Position numbers and translations under genes: made by a program. From Candidatus Methanomethylicia archaeon (GTDB lineage: Archaea; Thermoproteota; Methanomethylicia; Culexarchaeales; Culexarchaeaceae), in contig JAVYVS010000002.1 in the NCBI GenBank assembly GCA_038727515.1, positions 243,699-307,698 of the forward strand: a stretch of 64,000 bases of DNA, written 5' to 3'. Shown one piece after another: positions 55,843 through 64,000 of this stretch (position 1 is the first letter of the stretch; each line of letters opens with the position of its first letter). A model generated the notes under the pieces. The model was not told the DNA's origin, did no database searches, and was given only the letters and a program-made list of their open reading frames with translations.

Positions 55843-57295
55843 TTTTACATTAATTTTTGCACTACTATTTTCATCATCAACACCATTTCTCTCATCAAAT
55901 CTTAAAACAGCATTTAAAACGTCAATTTTCATCATGATTACAGCATTGCTCATTAATACATATACATTGTTTAAAGTCTTTATTAATGGGGTATCCTTTA
56001 CACCATTACAAGAATTTAGTTATATGCTAAGTTTAATTATGAGCGAGATTATATTAATAATTGCTTTAGCTTCCATCATATTTTCAAATAGTTATTTCAA
56101 TTTTAGTGAGATCGTTAGAGGTAGGATATACTTTGGGTTAATACCAATACTTTCAGCTACTTTAATTGGGTTATCAATGTTTAACAATATTATTTCAATG
56201 CTATTCTTTCTTGAAGCATCTACGTTTATAAGTGCCATACTTGTGCTTTATGGTGAGCGTAGAGATAAAGCTGTTTTTTCAACCATGGTTTATTTAGTTA
56301 TGTCCATTATTGAATCAATTTTAATTTTATCTGGTATATACTTTTTAACTAGAGGATATGGTTTAAATTTAGCTTTAACCGATATTAACGAATTAAGCAA
56401 GTATGCCATTATTAGCAAATATGATGTGGAATTGGCTTCTTATTGTATTCTTTTGGGTTTTGGTATTAAGGCTGGTGCTTCTCCCATTGCTTTGTTATGG
56501 TTGCCATTGGTTCATTCTGAAGCTCCATCACCAATTAGCGCACTTTTATCAGGAGTTATAATTGAATCCGCATACATACCAATGTTGAAATACACATATG
56601 CACTCATACCACAAATATCAATAAACATTGGCGGCTTTATAGCTTTTTCAGGTTTAATTAATGTTTTGATAGGTGCTATTGGGATGATTTTAGATAGGGA
56701 TTTAAAGAGGATTTTAGCTTTTAGTAGTATTTCTAGTATGGGCGGTCTTGGTATGGCTTTGGGTCTTGGTATGATTATGAATATACATGAAGCTTACATG
56801 TGTTTGTTAGGGTCTATTTTATATTTATTTGCTCATTCATTTTCTAAAGCCCTTCTCTTCTTATGTGCTGGCATTCTCATAAAAACTTCTCATGAGAGGA
56901 ACTGGTTTAAGATGTCTCAAAAAGTTAGATTTCCACCTATAACTTCAATCATGTGGATTATTGGTGCAATAAGTATTTCTGGCCTATTCCCATTTACTTC
57001 AGGTTACTATGGGAAACATATAATTATGGAATCCATAAATACCATAGAATCAAGTGTTTTCAATATTTCTAAAGATGTTTATTCATTTGCATTATATTTT
57101 GCTGGTATAGTGATATTTTGTGTTTTAATGGTTTTCATTATTTTCTCATTTAAGGGTTCTGAGAAATCTAAAGAACGTTTTGATTTAATGTTCTTATCAT
57201 CTTTTATTTTGATGCTTATATCATTTACACTTGGAATATTGTATAGTTATGTTTACTTACATGATTTACTCCATCAATTATTTTTAGGTGGTTAA
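55832..57295 (+). CDS. MrpD/NuoM-like ion-translocating membrane subunit
   Basis: FLE, GFGIKAG, WLPLVHSEAPSPISALLSG, DLKRILAFSS, HSFSKALLF; GTG 55832 after GGAGG. Confidence 0.9.
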   Translation: MNIDFTLIFALLFSSSTPFLSSNLKTAFKTSIFIMITALLINTYTLFKVFINGVSFTPLQEFSYMLSLIMSEIILIIALASIIFSNSYFNFSEIVRGRIYFGLIPILSATLIGLSMFNNIISMLFFLEASTFISAILVLYGERRDKAVFSTMVYLVMSIIESILILSGIYFLTRGYGLNLALTDINELSKYAIISKYDVELASYCILLGFGIKAGASPIALLWLPLVHSEAPSPISALLSGVIIESAYIPMLKYTYALIPQISINIGGFIAFSGLINVLIGAIGMILDRDLKRILAFSSISSMGGLGMALGLGMIMNIHEAYMCLLGSILYLFAHSFSKALLFLCAGILIKTSHERNWFKMSQKVRFPPITSIMWIIGAISISGLFPFTSGYYGKHIIMESINTIESSVFNISKDVYSFALYFAGIVIFCVLMVFIIFSFKGSEKSKERFDLMFLSSFILMLISFTLGILYSYVYLHDLLHQLFLGG

Positions 57296-57297
57296 TC

Positions 57298-58929
57298 ATG
57301 AATAGCTTTGATAATGTCTTAAACGATCTTAAAAGGGTTATTTATCCTAATTTTGAAATTACTGGTTATGGTTATAATGGGAGGCATATTTATATTAAGA
57401 CTAAGCTGGAAAATATGCTTGATGCTGCAAAATTCTTAATTTCTATTGGGTCTAGAGTTGTACATGTTACAGCTTCTGATATGGGTTTAAATGGCATTAA
57501 AATAATACATATTTATAGCCTTGAACACTTAGAACGTTATGCACATATAATATTATATGCTTATGCTGAAAGGGATTCACCTAAGGCTCCATCTATTGCA
57601 CAACTTACATATCAAGCTTGTTGGGCTGAAAGAGAATGTATGGAACTTCTTGGTGTTGAATTTGAAGGGCATCCAGATCCTAGACATATATTTCTACCTT
57701 TTGAATGGCCTAATCCAGTTGAAAGTTCTAGTGAAAGTAAAACTAAAATTAAGAATGTTGTTTTACCTATAGGTCCATATCATCCAGCTATGCTTGAAGG
57801 CGGCTTTTTCAAATTAATGGTGGATGGAGAAGAAGTATTAGATGTGGATATTAAGGTTGGTTTGAATCATAGAGGGGTAATGAAACTTGCTGAAAATAGA
57901 ACGTTCTGGAGGGATATTTTCCTCGTTGGTAGAATTTGTGGTATCTGTAGTGTTCCTCATCAGCTTGCTTATGTTAATGCTGTTGAAAATATTCTTGGGA
58001 TACAAATTCCTGAAAGAGCTGAGTATATTAGGGTTTTAATGGCTGAATTAAATAGGATTCATAGTCATCTATTATGGCTTGGTGTAGCTGGAGACCTAAT
58101 TGGTTTCAAGACTTTGCTCATGTGGGCTTGGAAGATTAGGGAATTAGTGCAAGATTGTATTGAAATCTTATCTGGAAATAGAGTTCACGCTGATTCTATG
58201 ATTATTGGAGGAGTTAGATTTGATGTTTCAGAAGAACAACTTAAAAAGGTTGAAGATAAATTACTTGAAGTTAGAAGAGATTTCAATAATCTTTCTGACA
58301 GCGTTGCATCACATAGTATTGTTAGGAAGAGGACTGAGGGTATAGGTATTTTATCATTAAATGATGCTAAAGAGGCTGGAGTTGTAGGTCCGACGGCTAG
58401 AGCTAGTGGATGGAAAATTGATGTTAGAAAGGATAGTCCATATTCATTTTATGGTGATCCACATTTAAGTTGGGATGTAATTGTTGATGATGGTAAAGAT
58501 GTTCTCTCAAGAGTCATTGTTAGAGTTAAGGAAGTTTTTGTTTCAATAGATTTATGTTTACAGTGTATTGATAGATTGAAGAATATTCATGGACCTATAA
58601 TCAATCCTGATATTAGAGCTTTTCCAAGTGGTGAATGTTTAAGTAAGGTTGAAGCTCCTAGAGGTGAGCTCATATACTATGTTGTATCAAATGGATCTAA
58701 CATACCTCATACCGTTAGAATTAGAACTCCAAGTTATCGTAATATTGCTGCATTAAAGTTTATGCTTAAAGGATGTAAACTTGCTGATGCTCCAATAATT
58801 ATTGGCAGCGTAGATCCATGTTTCTCTTGTACTGATCGTGTAATGATTGTTGATGATAAGAAGGGTAAAAAATGGATTTTAAGTGGCGATGAATTTAAAA
58901 ATCTTTCATTTAAAAAACTTGAGTGGTGA
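57298..58929 (+). CDS. Group 4 [NiFe] hydrogenase large subunit with fused NuoC-like domain
   Basis: WAERE..GHPDPR (NuoC-like), GPYHP, RICGIC (L1), DPCFSCTDR (L2) with a C-terminal extension. Confidence 0.93.
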   Translation: MNSFDNVLNDLKRVIYPNFEITGYGYNGRHIYIKTKLENMLDAAKFLISIGSRVVHVTASDMGLNGIKIIHIYSLEHLERYAHIILYAYAERDSPKAPSIAQLTYQACWAERECMELLGVEFEGHPDPRHIFLPFEWPNPVESSSESKTKIKNVVLPIGPYHPAMLEGGFFKLMVDGEEVLDVDIKVGLNHRGVMKLAENRTFWRDIFLVGRICGICSVPHQLAYVNAVENILGIQIPERAEYIRVLMAELNRIHSHLLWLGVAGDLIGFKTLLMWAWKIRELVQDCIEILSGNRVHADSMIIGGVRFDVSEEQLKKVEDKLLEVRRDFNNLSDSVASHSIVRKRTEGIGILSLNDAKEAGVVGPTARASGWKIDVRKDSPYSFYGDPHLSWDVIVDDGKDVLSRVIVRVKEVFVSIDLCLQCIDRLKNIHGPIINPDIRAFPSGECLSKVEAPRGELIYYVVSNGSNIPHTVRIRTPSYRNIAALKFMLKGCKLADAPIIIGSVDPCFSCTDRVMIVDDKKGKKWILSGDEFKNLSFKKLEW

Positions 58930-59930
58930 GTAAAATGCATGTGCTTGAACTCGTATTAATTCCCTTGTTATGTTTTATCCTTGGAATATTATTAAATTAT
59001 GAGGTTAGGAAGGTTTACGCTAGAAGTCAATATAGGCTTGGTCCATTACTTTCAATGTATGGAGGGTTAAGAAGTATATATGGTTCCACTAGAATTCTAC
59101 AGCCATTATATGATGTTTTAAAATTATTCTTTAAAGAGACAATTATTCCTAAAAGTGCGCGAAAATGGGTTTTTATTCTCTCTCCATTAATAAGTTTCAT
59201 TTTAGCATTATTAACTTCATACTTCATATCCTATGGCGGTTTAAGTTTACTTTCAAGTAATAGTTTTAGTATAATCTTTATTACATATCTCTTTATTGGT
59301 ATCTCATTTTTTTGGGTTTTTGGTGGATTAGCTTCCTCCTCCTCCTGGAGTATTGTTGGTTCTAGAAGGGAGGCTGAATTATTGCTTTCCATTGAAGTTG
59401 CACTACTTTCATCAATATTTTCATCAGCTATTATTTCAAATTCCCTATCAATTGACGGTATAATTAATTTTCAATTACTTTCATATCCAATGATTTTACT
59501 TAATCCATTTGCAGCTATTGTCTTCATAATAGCAATTCTTGGTAAACTACATTTTAATCCATTTGAAATTCCTGAAGCCGATGTAGAAATAGTTTCAGGG
59601 CCTTATACTGAGTATTCTGGTAAACTCTTGGCGTTAATATTATCTTCGAGATATATTTTGACAACCACCCTTGTGGGTTTATTTGTGAATTTATTCCTAT
59701 GTGGTGGAATTATTCTAAACCCAATAAACATCTATAATCAATCAATAAACATCATCATATTTGTTGTGGAGTGTTTCATTGTAATGTTCATAATATCCTT
59801 AATACATTCAATTGCACCTAGATTTAGAATTGATCAAGCTTTATCCTGGTCAATAAAGTATTTATGGCCTTTATCCGCTTGGTCAATAATATTTTCATTA
59901 ATTATAAAATCTATTCTGGGGGGAAGTTAA
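58923..59930 (+). CDS. NuoH/HycD-like membrane anchor subunit
   Basis: RKVYAR..R.GP, QPLYDVLKL, PFEIPEA..EIVSGPYTEYSG, PRFRIDQ; alternative ATG 58935. Confidence 0.9.
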   Translation: MVSKMHVLELVLIPLLCFILGILLNYEVRKVYARSQYRLGPLLSMYGGLRSIYGSTRILQPLYDVLKLFFKETIIPKSARKWVFILSPLISFILALLTSYFISYGGLSLLSSNSFSIIFITYLFIGISFFWVFGGLASSSSWSIVGSRREAELLLSIEVALLSSIFSSAIISNSLSIDGIINFQLLSYPMILLNPFAAIVFIIAILGKLHFNPFEIPEADVEIVSGPYTEYSGKLLALILSSRYILTTTLVGLFVNLFLCGGIILNPINIYNQSINIIIFVVECFIVMFIISLIHSIAPRFRIDQALSWSIKYLWPLSAWSIIFSLIIKSILGGS

Positions 59931-60497
59931 ATGTTTAAATCACTTAAAAGAGCTCTTGAAGCTTTAGGTAAACCATACACCATTAAGTATCCAGCTGGCA
60001 TTGGTATGGAGAAGTACAGTAATCTTCCTGAAACATTGCGAGGTATACCTGAGTTCAAACATGATAGATGCATTGGTTGTAGTGCTTGTGTTAGTCAATG
60101 TAGTAGTGGTGCTTTAACTATGATTGATATTGAAAATATTCGAAGGTTAAGTGTTAACCTTAATAAATGTGTTTTTTGTAGGCGTTGCGCCGATGTATGT
60201 CCTGAAGATGCATTGAAGCTTACAAGTAAATTTGAATTAGCTTCAAGTATTAAATCAGAACTTATGGTTTCAAATGATGTTGAACTCATTAAATGTGTTA
60301 ATTGCGGTGGATATTTTGCTCCTGGAAGACAATTGAAACGTATTGCTGAAAGATTGGAGAAAAATCTTACTGAAGTTAAAGCAATTGAATATCTTCATGA
60401 GGATCTACAAAAATATCTATATTTATGTTGCAATTGTAGGAAGAGTTTAAGTTTAAAATTGAATATACATACTAGAAAGCATGTGTTATTAAAATGA
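59931..60497 (+). CDS. NuoI/HycF-like Fe-S subunit
   Basis: TIKYP, RG.P, CIGCSACVSQC, CVFCRRCADVCP, extra CVNC..CCNC. Confidence 0.9.
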   Translation: MFKSLKRALEALGKPYTIKYPAGIGMEKYSNLPETLRGIPEFKHDRCIGCSACVSQCSSGALTMIDIENIRRLSVNLNKCVFCRRCADVCPEDALKLTSKFELASSIKSELMVSNDVELIKCVNCGGYFAPGRQLKRIAERLEKNLTEVKAIEYLHEDLQKYLYLCCNCRKSLSLKLNIHTRKHVLLK

Positions 60498-60838
60498 GCT
60501 TAATCTGCAGTATGATATCATTAATTTTCTTTCAGAATTTTCTAAAGGTGATAGCCCAATTTTCAGTATCAATGATAACCCTATACTTTTCCTCTAGACT
60601 TTTAGGATTGAAGAAATGGATTTCAATACTTACATCCTCCATTATATTTACATTCATCAATTTGCTTATTACCTATATTTTTGAAATAAATTTTTGGTTG
60701 AAATTAATACTCCTCTTAATCATTTTAAAATTTACTTACAACATTAGTTGGTCTAGATCCTTTTTTCTATTGTTAATCTTATGTTTTCTCTCGAATATCA
60801 TTAGATTTATCATTCCCATATTGCCATCCCCTATTTAA
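60494..60838 (+). CDS. Hypothetical membrane protein
   Basis: Highly hydrophobic 114 aa; ATGA overlap with the upstream gene. Confidence 0.55.
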   Translation: MSLICSMISLIFFQNFLKVIAQFSVSMITLYFSSRLLGLKKWISILTSSIIFTFINLLITYIFEINFWLKLILLLIILKFTYNISWSRSFFLLLILCFLSNIIRFIIPILPSPI

Positions 60839-60894
60839 ATCATATGTTTAGAAAGCTTTTTGAATTATATAACCATAACCTATCTCTGATCATT

Positions 60895-61902
60895 ATGTCT
60901 GAAGATTTGAATAAGATTATTGAGGAATTGAAGGAGATGAATGAATCTTTAATGCATATGCTTCTTATGCTTGAGAAGCGCGTTGATGATGTATTATGGT
61001 ATCATAAAGTTGGAGATTTAGCTCGTGTAATTAAGGTTAGGATTGTAGGGCCGCCTCCAAGTAAAGTTTCAAAGCCTAATGCCCCTGGAGCTAGGAATCC
61101 CCTAGTTTTTTGGAGTTATGTCTTTATTCCAAGGAATATTGATCGAAATGTTAAGTATCCTTTGATAGTTCTTCCTCATGGTGGCGTTCATGCAAACATG
61201 AGTAGTGCGTCAGCAAATGTAGTTAGAGAGCTCATAGCTCAAGGTTATATTATTATAGCTCCAGAGTATCGTGGAAGTACTGGTTATGGGAAAGCCTTTT
61301 ATGAATTAATTGATTATGGTGGATTAGAAATTGAAGATACACATGCAGCTAGGAATTGGATGGTGGAAAATTGTAGGTATGTTGATTCAAAGAGGATTGG
61401 TATTGTGGGTTGGAGTCATGGAGGTCTACATGCTTTAATGAATATATTCTTCTATCCAGATGATTATCAAGTGGCATATGCTGGAGTTCCAGTTAGCGAT
61501 TTAATTATGCGTATGGGTTATAAAGGGCAGCATTACAGGGACTTGTTTATTGCAAATTATCATATTGGTGTTGATGTATGTGATAATGTTGAAGAGTATA
61601 GACGTAGATCTCCTGTAAATTATGTTGATAAACTTAAGACTCCATTGTTAATTCATACTACAACTAATGATGAAGATGTAAATTATCTTGAAGTATTAAA
61701 TTTGATAAATGCTTTAAAAGCTGCTGGTAAAAATTTTGAATATAAAATATTTAAAGAAGCTCCAGGCGGTCATGTATTCGGTAGAATTGATACTTTACTT
61801 TCAAGGGAAGTTAGAGCTGAAGTCTATAGTTTTATAGCGAAATATCTTAATCCCCCTAATCCATTGACTTCAGCTGATGAACTTAATCCATTTGAAATAT
61901 AA
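60895..61902 (+). CDS. S9 family serine peptidase/hydrolase (catalytic domain without beta-propeller)
   Basis: HGG, YRGSTGYG, GWSHGG, DEDV, GGH. Confidence 0.88.
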   Translation: MSEDLNKIIEELKEMNESLMHMLLMLEKRVDDVLWYHKVGDLARVIKVRIVGPPPSKVSKPNAPGARNPLVFWSYVFIPRNIDRNVKYPLIVLPHGGVHANMSSASANVVRELIAQGYIIIAPEYRGSTGYGKAFYELIDYGGLEIEDTHAARNWMVENCRYVDSKRIGIVGWSHGGLHALMNIFFYPDDYQVAYAGVPVSDLIMRMGYKGQHYRDLFIANYHIGVDVCDNVEEYRRRSPVNYVDKLKTPLLIHTTTNDEDVNYLEVLNLINALKAAGKNFEYKIFKEAPGGHVFGRIDTLLSREVRAEVYSFIAKYLNPPNPLTSADELNPFEI

Positions 61903-61957
61903 GACTACTCAAAATACTTATTTCTTTATTTTATTAACCCTTTTTGTGGGGATATCT

Positions 61958-62236
61958 TTGAAATTTAAAGGGAGTTATAAAGCTGCAAAATTAATTAAAG
62001 TTTCTATGGAGGTTAAAGATGGAGTCATTGTAAGTATTAGGATTACTGGGGATTTCTTTATGTATCCAGAGGAAGCAATTAGAGATTTGGAAAGTGCATT
62101 AATAGGCGCTAATCTAAACGCAATGGATTTAGAGGCTAGGATATCAAAATTCTTATTGGAGAGGAAAATTGAATTTCCAATGATCTCCGTAATGGATCTA
62201 GTTAATGCTATACTTTCAGCTAAACCTGAAGGTTAG
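61958..62236 (+). CDS. Lipoate-protein ligase accessory (LplB-like C-terminal) domain
   Basis: KLIKV, IRITGDFFMYPEE..LE..L.G; TTG 61958 after GGGGA. Confidence 0.85.
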   Translation: MKFKGSYKAAKLIKVSMEVKDGVIVSIRITGDFFMYPEEAIRDLESALIGANLNAMDLEARISKFLLERKIEFPMISVMDLVNAILSAKPEG

Positions 62237-62249
62237 AGGTAGATACTTA

Positions 62250-63224
62250 TTGGTGGATTACATTAGAGTTTCCATAGGTACTGCATCTAAACTTGGTTTA
62301 TTGAGGGTTAAAATGTTAGCTGAACCTACAACTGCATATCTAATGTTATTTAGTGAAGGAAGATGTTATGGTAATTGTGCATTTTGCACACAATCCATAA
62401 GTAGTACATCGAACACTGAATATCTATCTAGGGTAACCTGGCCTAAATTTAAATTTAATGATGTTAAAGAAGCCTTTAAATCTGTTAGCAATTTTAAACG
62501 TATATGTATTCAAACCTTAATATATCCGAGATATCTTGAAGACACTCTTAATATAATCTCAAAATTTAAGGAGTTTCTGAATATACCGATTTCTGTTTCA
62601 ATACATCCTCAAAGCTCTAACGATCTTCAACTCTTAAAAGATTATAGTGTGGATAGAGTGGGAATAGGTGTTGATGCAGCCTCTGAACAAATTTTCAATA
62701 AAGTTAAAAGACCTTTTTCTTGGAATAAAACCATTAATTTAGTTTTTAAAGCGAGAGAAATCTTCGGTCCAAAAAGAGTTTCCGTACATTTAATTTATGG
62801 TTTAGGAGATTCCGATCGTAGTTTTATAGAAATGATGTGTAAACTTTATAATAATGATATCAATGTTGGTTTATTCGCTTTTACACCTATGGAAGGAACT
62901 TTAATGGATAAATATGAAAAACCAGAATTATCTTCTTATAGGGCAATTCAATTATCGCACTATCTAATAAAACATGGCTTAGCAAAATTTGAAGATTTCA
63001 TCTTTGATTCTCAAGGTAAACTTAAAATGATTCTAATAGACAAAGACCAGTTGATTAATGTTATTGAAAGTTGTGAACCATTTAAAACTAGTGGATGCCC
63101 AGATTGTAATAGACCTTTTTACAATGAATCTCCAGGGGGAGAATTATACAATTATCCAACATTGGAAATGGCTTTAAAGGATCTAAGTAAGATAAAAGCG
63201 GAATTGAAATATCTCTTAGGTTAA
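62250..63224 (+). CDS. lipS2: Radical SAM protein, archaeal lipoyl synthase component LipS2
   Basis: CYGNCAFC radical SAM motif plus TSGCPDCNRP, matching the TxGCPxC(N/D)RP LipS2 signature; TTG 62250 after GAGGT. Confidence 0.82.
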   Translation: MVDYIRVSIGTASKLGLLRVKMLAEPTTAYLMLFSEGRCYGNCAFCTQSISSTSNTEYLSRVTWPKFKFNDVKEAFKSVSNFKRICIQTLIYPRYLEDTLNIISKFKEFLNIPISVSIHPQSSNDLQLLKDYSVDRVGIGVDAASEQIFNKVKRPFSWNKTINLVFKAREIFGPKRVSVHLIYGLGDSDRSFIEMMCKLYNNDINVGLFAFTPMEGTLMDKYEKPELSSYRAIQLSHYLIKHGLAKFEDFIFDSQGKLKMILIDKDQLINVIESCEPFKTSGCPDCNRPFYNESPGGELYNYPTLEMALKDLSKIKAELKYLLG

Positions 63225-63303
63225 CCTAATAAAAAAGAGTTGTTATTTTGAAGTTTAACAAGGTGATTTGAAAAATGAAATTGATATATAGTTAATTGCT
63301 GAA

Positions 63304-64000
63304 TTATTTCTTCCATATATCTATAGGTGGTTTATGATCTGGTGGTATTGGTGATTTATATACTCTCCCCCTAAGTCTATTTTTATGTTCTTTTTTAGCT
63401 TCTTCAATTAATTCAATGCTTGTCATTAAGTCTATTATTGTTGCTGCCATGGTTTTTGCTGCAAATATTAATGATTTATGTCCTAAACCAACTGCACTTT
63501 GAGCAACATTCTGCCATGAATGCCCAGGAGTCCCCAAAACCCATGTGGCTGTTCCAAATTCTACCGTTGGAGTCTTCCAACTTACATCAGCTACATCAGT
63601 TGAACCATGGCTAATTTCACCTTCACCCCAAGGGTCTGGAATCTCATCATCAATCAATTTATCAATAAGCCTCTCCCACCCAGGCCTCTTAGATTTCTTT
63701 AATTGATTAATTTTATCTTCCAATGGTATTGTTTTAGCTATTTCCTCTGCAAACTTTAAATCTTCATCACTATACTTTGGCAAACCAATTAGTCTCATAT
63801 TTTCTACAATTATTTTTCCTATGGTTTTGTTTGGTATAGTGTTGTGCAATCCCTCTAAGAATTCTACTTTGTATTGTGTTTGTGTCATTAATGCTGCTCC
63901 CTTAGCAATATCAAGAATCCAATTATAAATCTCCTCAACCTGCTCCCTCTCAGGAGCCCTCACATAATACCAACTCCTAGCATAATCAGGAACAATATTA
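63304..64000 (-). CDS. M20D amidohydrolase (AbgB-like), 5' end outside window
   Basis: Frame open to the window edge (NIVPDYARSWYYVRAP), GSTDVADVSW, PGHSWQ. Confidence 0.88.
   Translation of the reverse strand, partial: NIVPDYARSWYYVRAPEREQVEEIYNWILDIAKGAALMTQTQYKVEFLEGLHNTIPNKTIGKIIVENMRLIGLPKYSDEDLKFAEEIAKTIPLEDKINQLKKSKRPGWERLIDKLIDDEIPDPWGEGEISHGSTDVADVSWKTPTVEFGTATWVLGTPGHSWQNVAQSAVGLGHKSLIFAAKTMAATIIDLMTSIELIEEAKKEHKNRLRGRVYKSPIPPDHKPPIDIWKK

Noticed and set aside
33352-58929. Selenocysteine or pyrrolysine readthrough in HdrA, MvhD or the hydrogenase
   Set aside because: The usual Sec positions carry Cys or other sense codons, and the ORFs are uninterrupted
55098-60497. Complex I / Fpo-like or MBS (Mbx) assignment
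   Set aside because: The large subunit retains both CxxC Ni-binding motifs and a C-terminal extension, as in true [NiFe] hydrogenases
736-63614. Many short ORFs in the track antisense to or nested in long genes (e.g. 736-996, 2996-3784, 18557-18973, 45335-45922)
   Set aside because: Shadow frames of well-supported genes, with S/I/F/P-rich antisense-type composition and no motifs
1-64000. tRNA, rRNA, CRISPR array, IS/transposase, integrase or provirus
   Set aside because: Intergenic gaps are all short (under about 175 nt) and AT-rich, with no GC-rich structured RNA, spaced repeats or mobile-element proteins seen; small C/D box sRNAs cannot be excluded by eye

Overview
A gene-dense, AT-rich (roughly one-third G+C by eye) archaeal chromosome segment. 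The archaeal call rests on DtdA, translin, a WOR5-like tungsten enzyme, LipS2, TATA/BRE promoters and GGTG/GGAGG ribosome-binding sites. The content suggests an anaerobic, probably thermophilic, peptide/organic-acid fermenter; a Thermoproteota lineage near Methanomethylicia/Culexarchaeia is my inference only. About 67 CDS were called; I saw no rRNA, tRNA, CRISPR array or mobile element. The left third holds peptidases/amidohydrolases, TldD/PmbA, AsnRS, PPDK, a small DNA-repair operon and a WOR5-like oxidoreductase. The most notable features are: (1) two paralogous copies of an uncharacterised four-gene membrane cassette led by a DUF6754-like gene (26420-29398 and 42245-45270), a candidate new transporter or ion-translocating complex; (2) a 14-kb redox cluster (46971-60838) made of hdrA(-degenerate mvhD)-hdrC-hdrB plus a soluble fumarate-reductase-like pair, followed by lipoyl-carrier (GcvH-like)-polyferredoxin-clusterless hdrC-hdrB-group 4 [NiFe] hydrogenase, with lipoate assembly genes (LplB-like, LipS2) just downstream, suggesting a protein-bound lipoyl disulfide as the Hdr substrate; (3) an etfBA-hdrA-larA operon converging on another hdrCB; (4) abrupt G/T-to-A/C wobble-base switches inside conserved motifs. 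All product calls come from motif recognition by eye; no database search was run.
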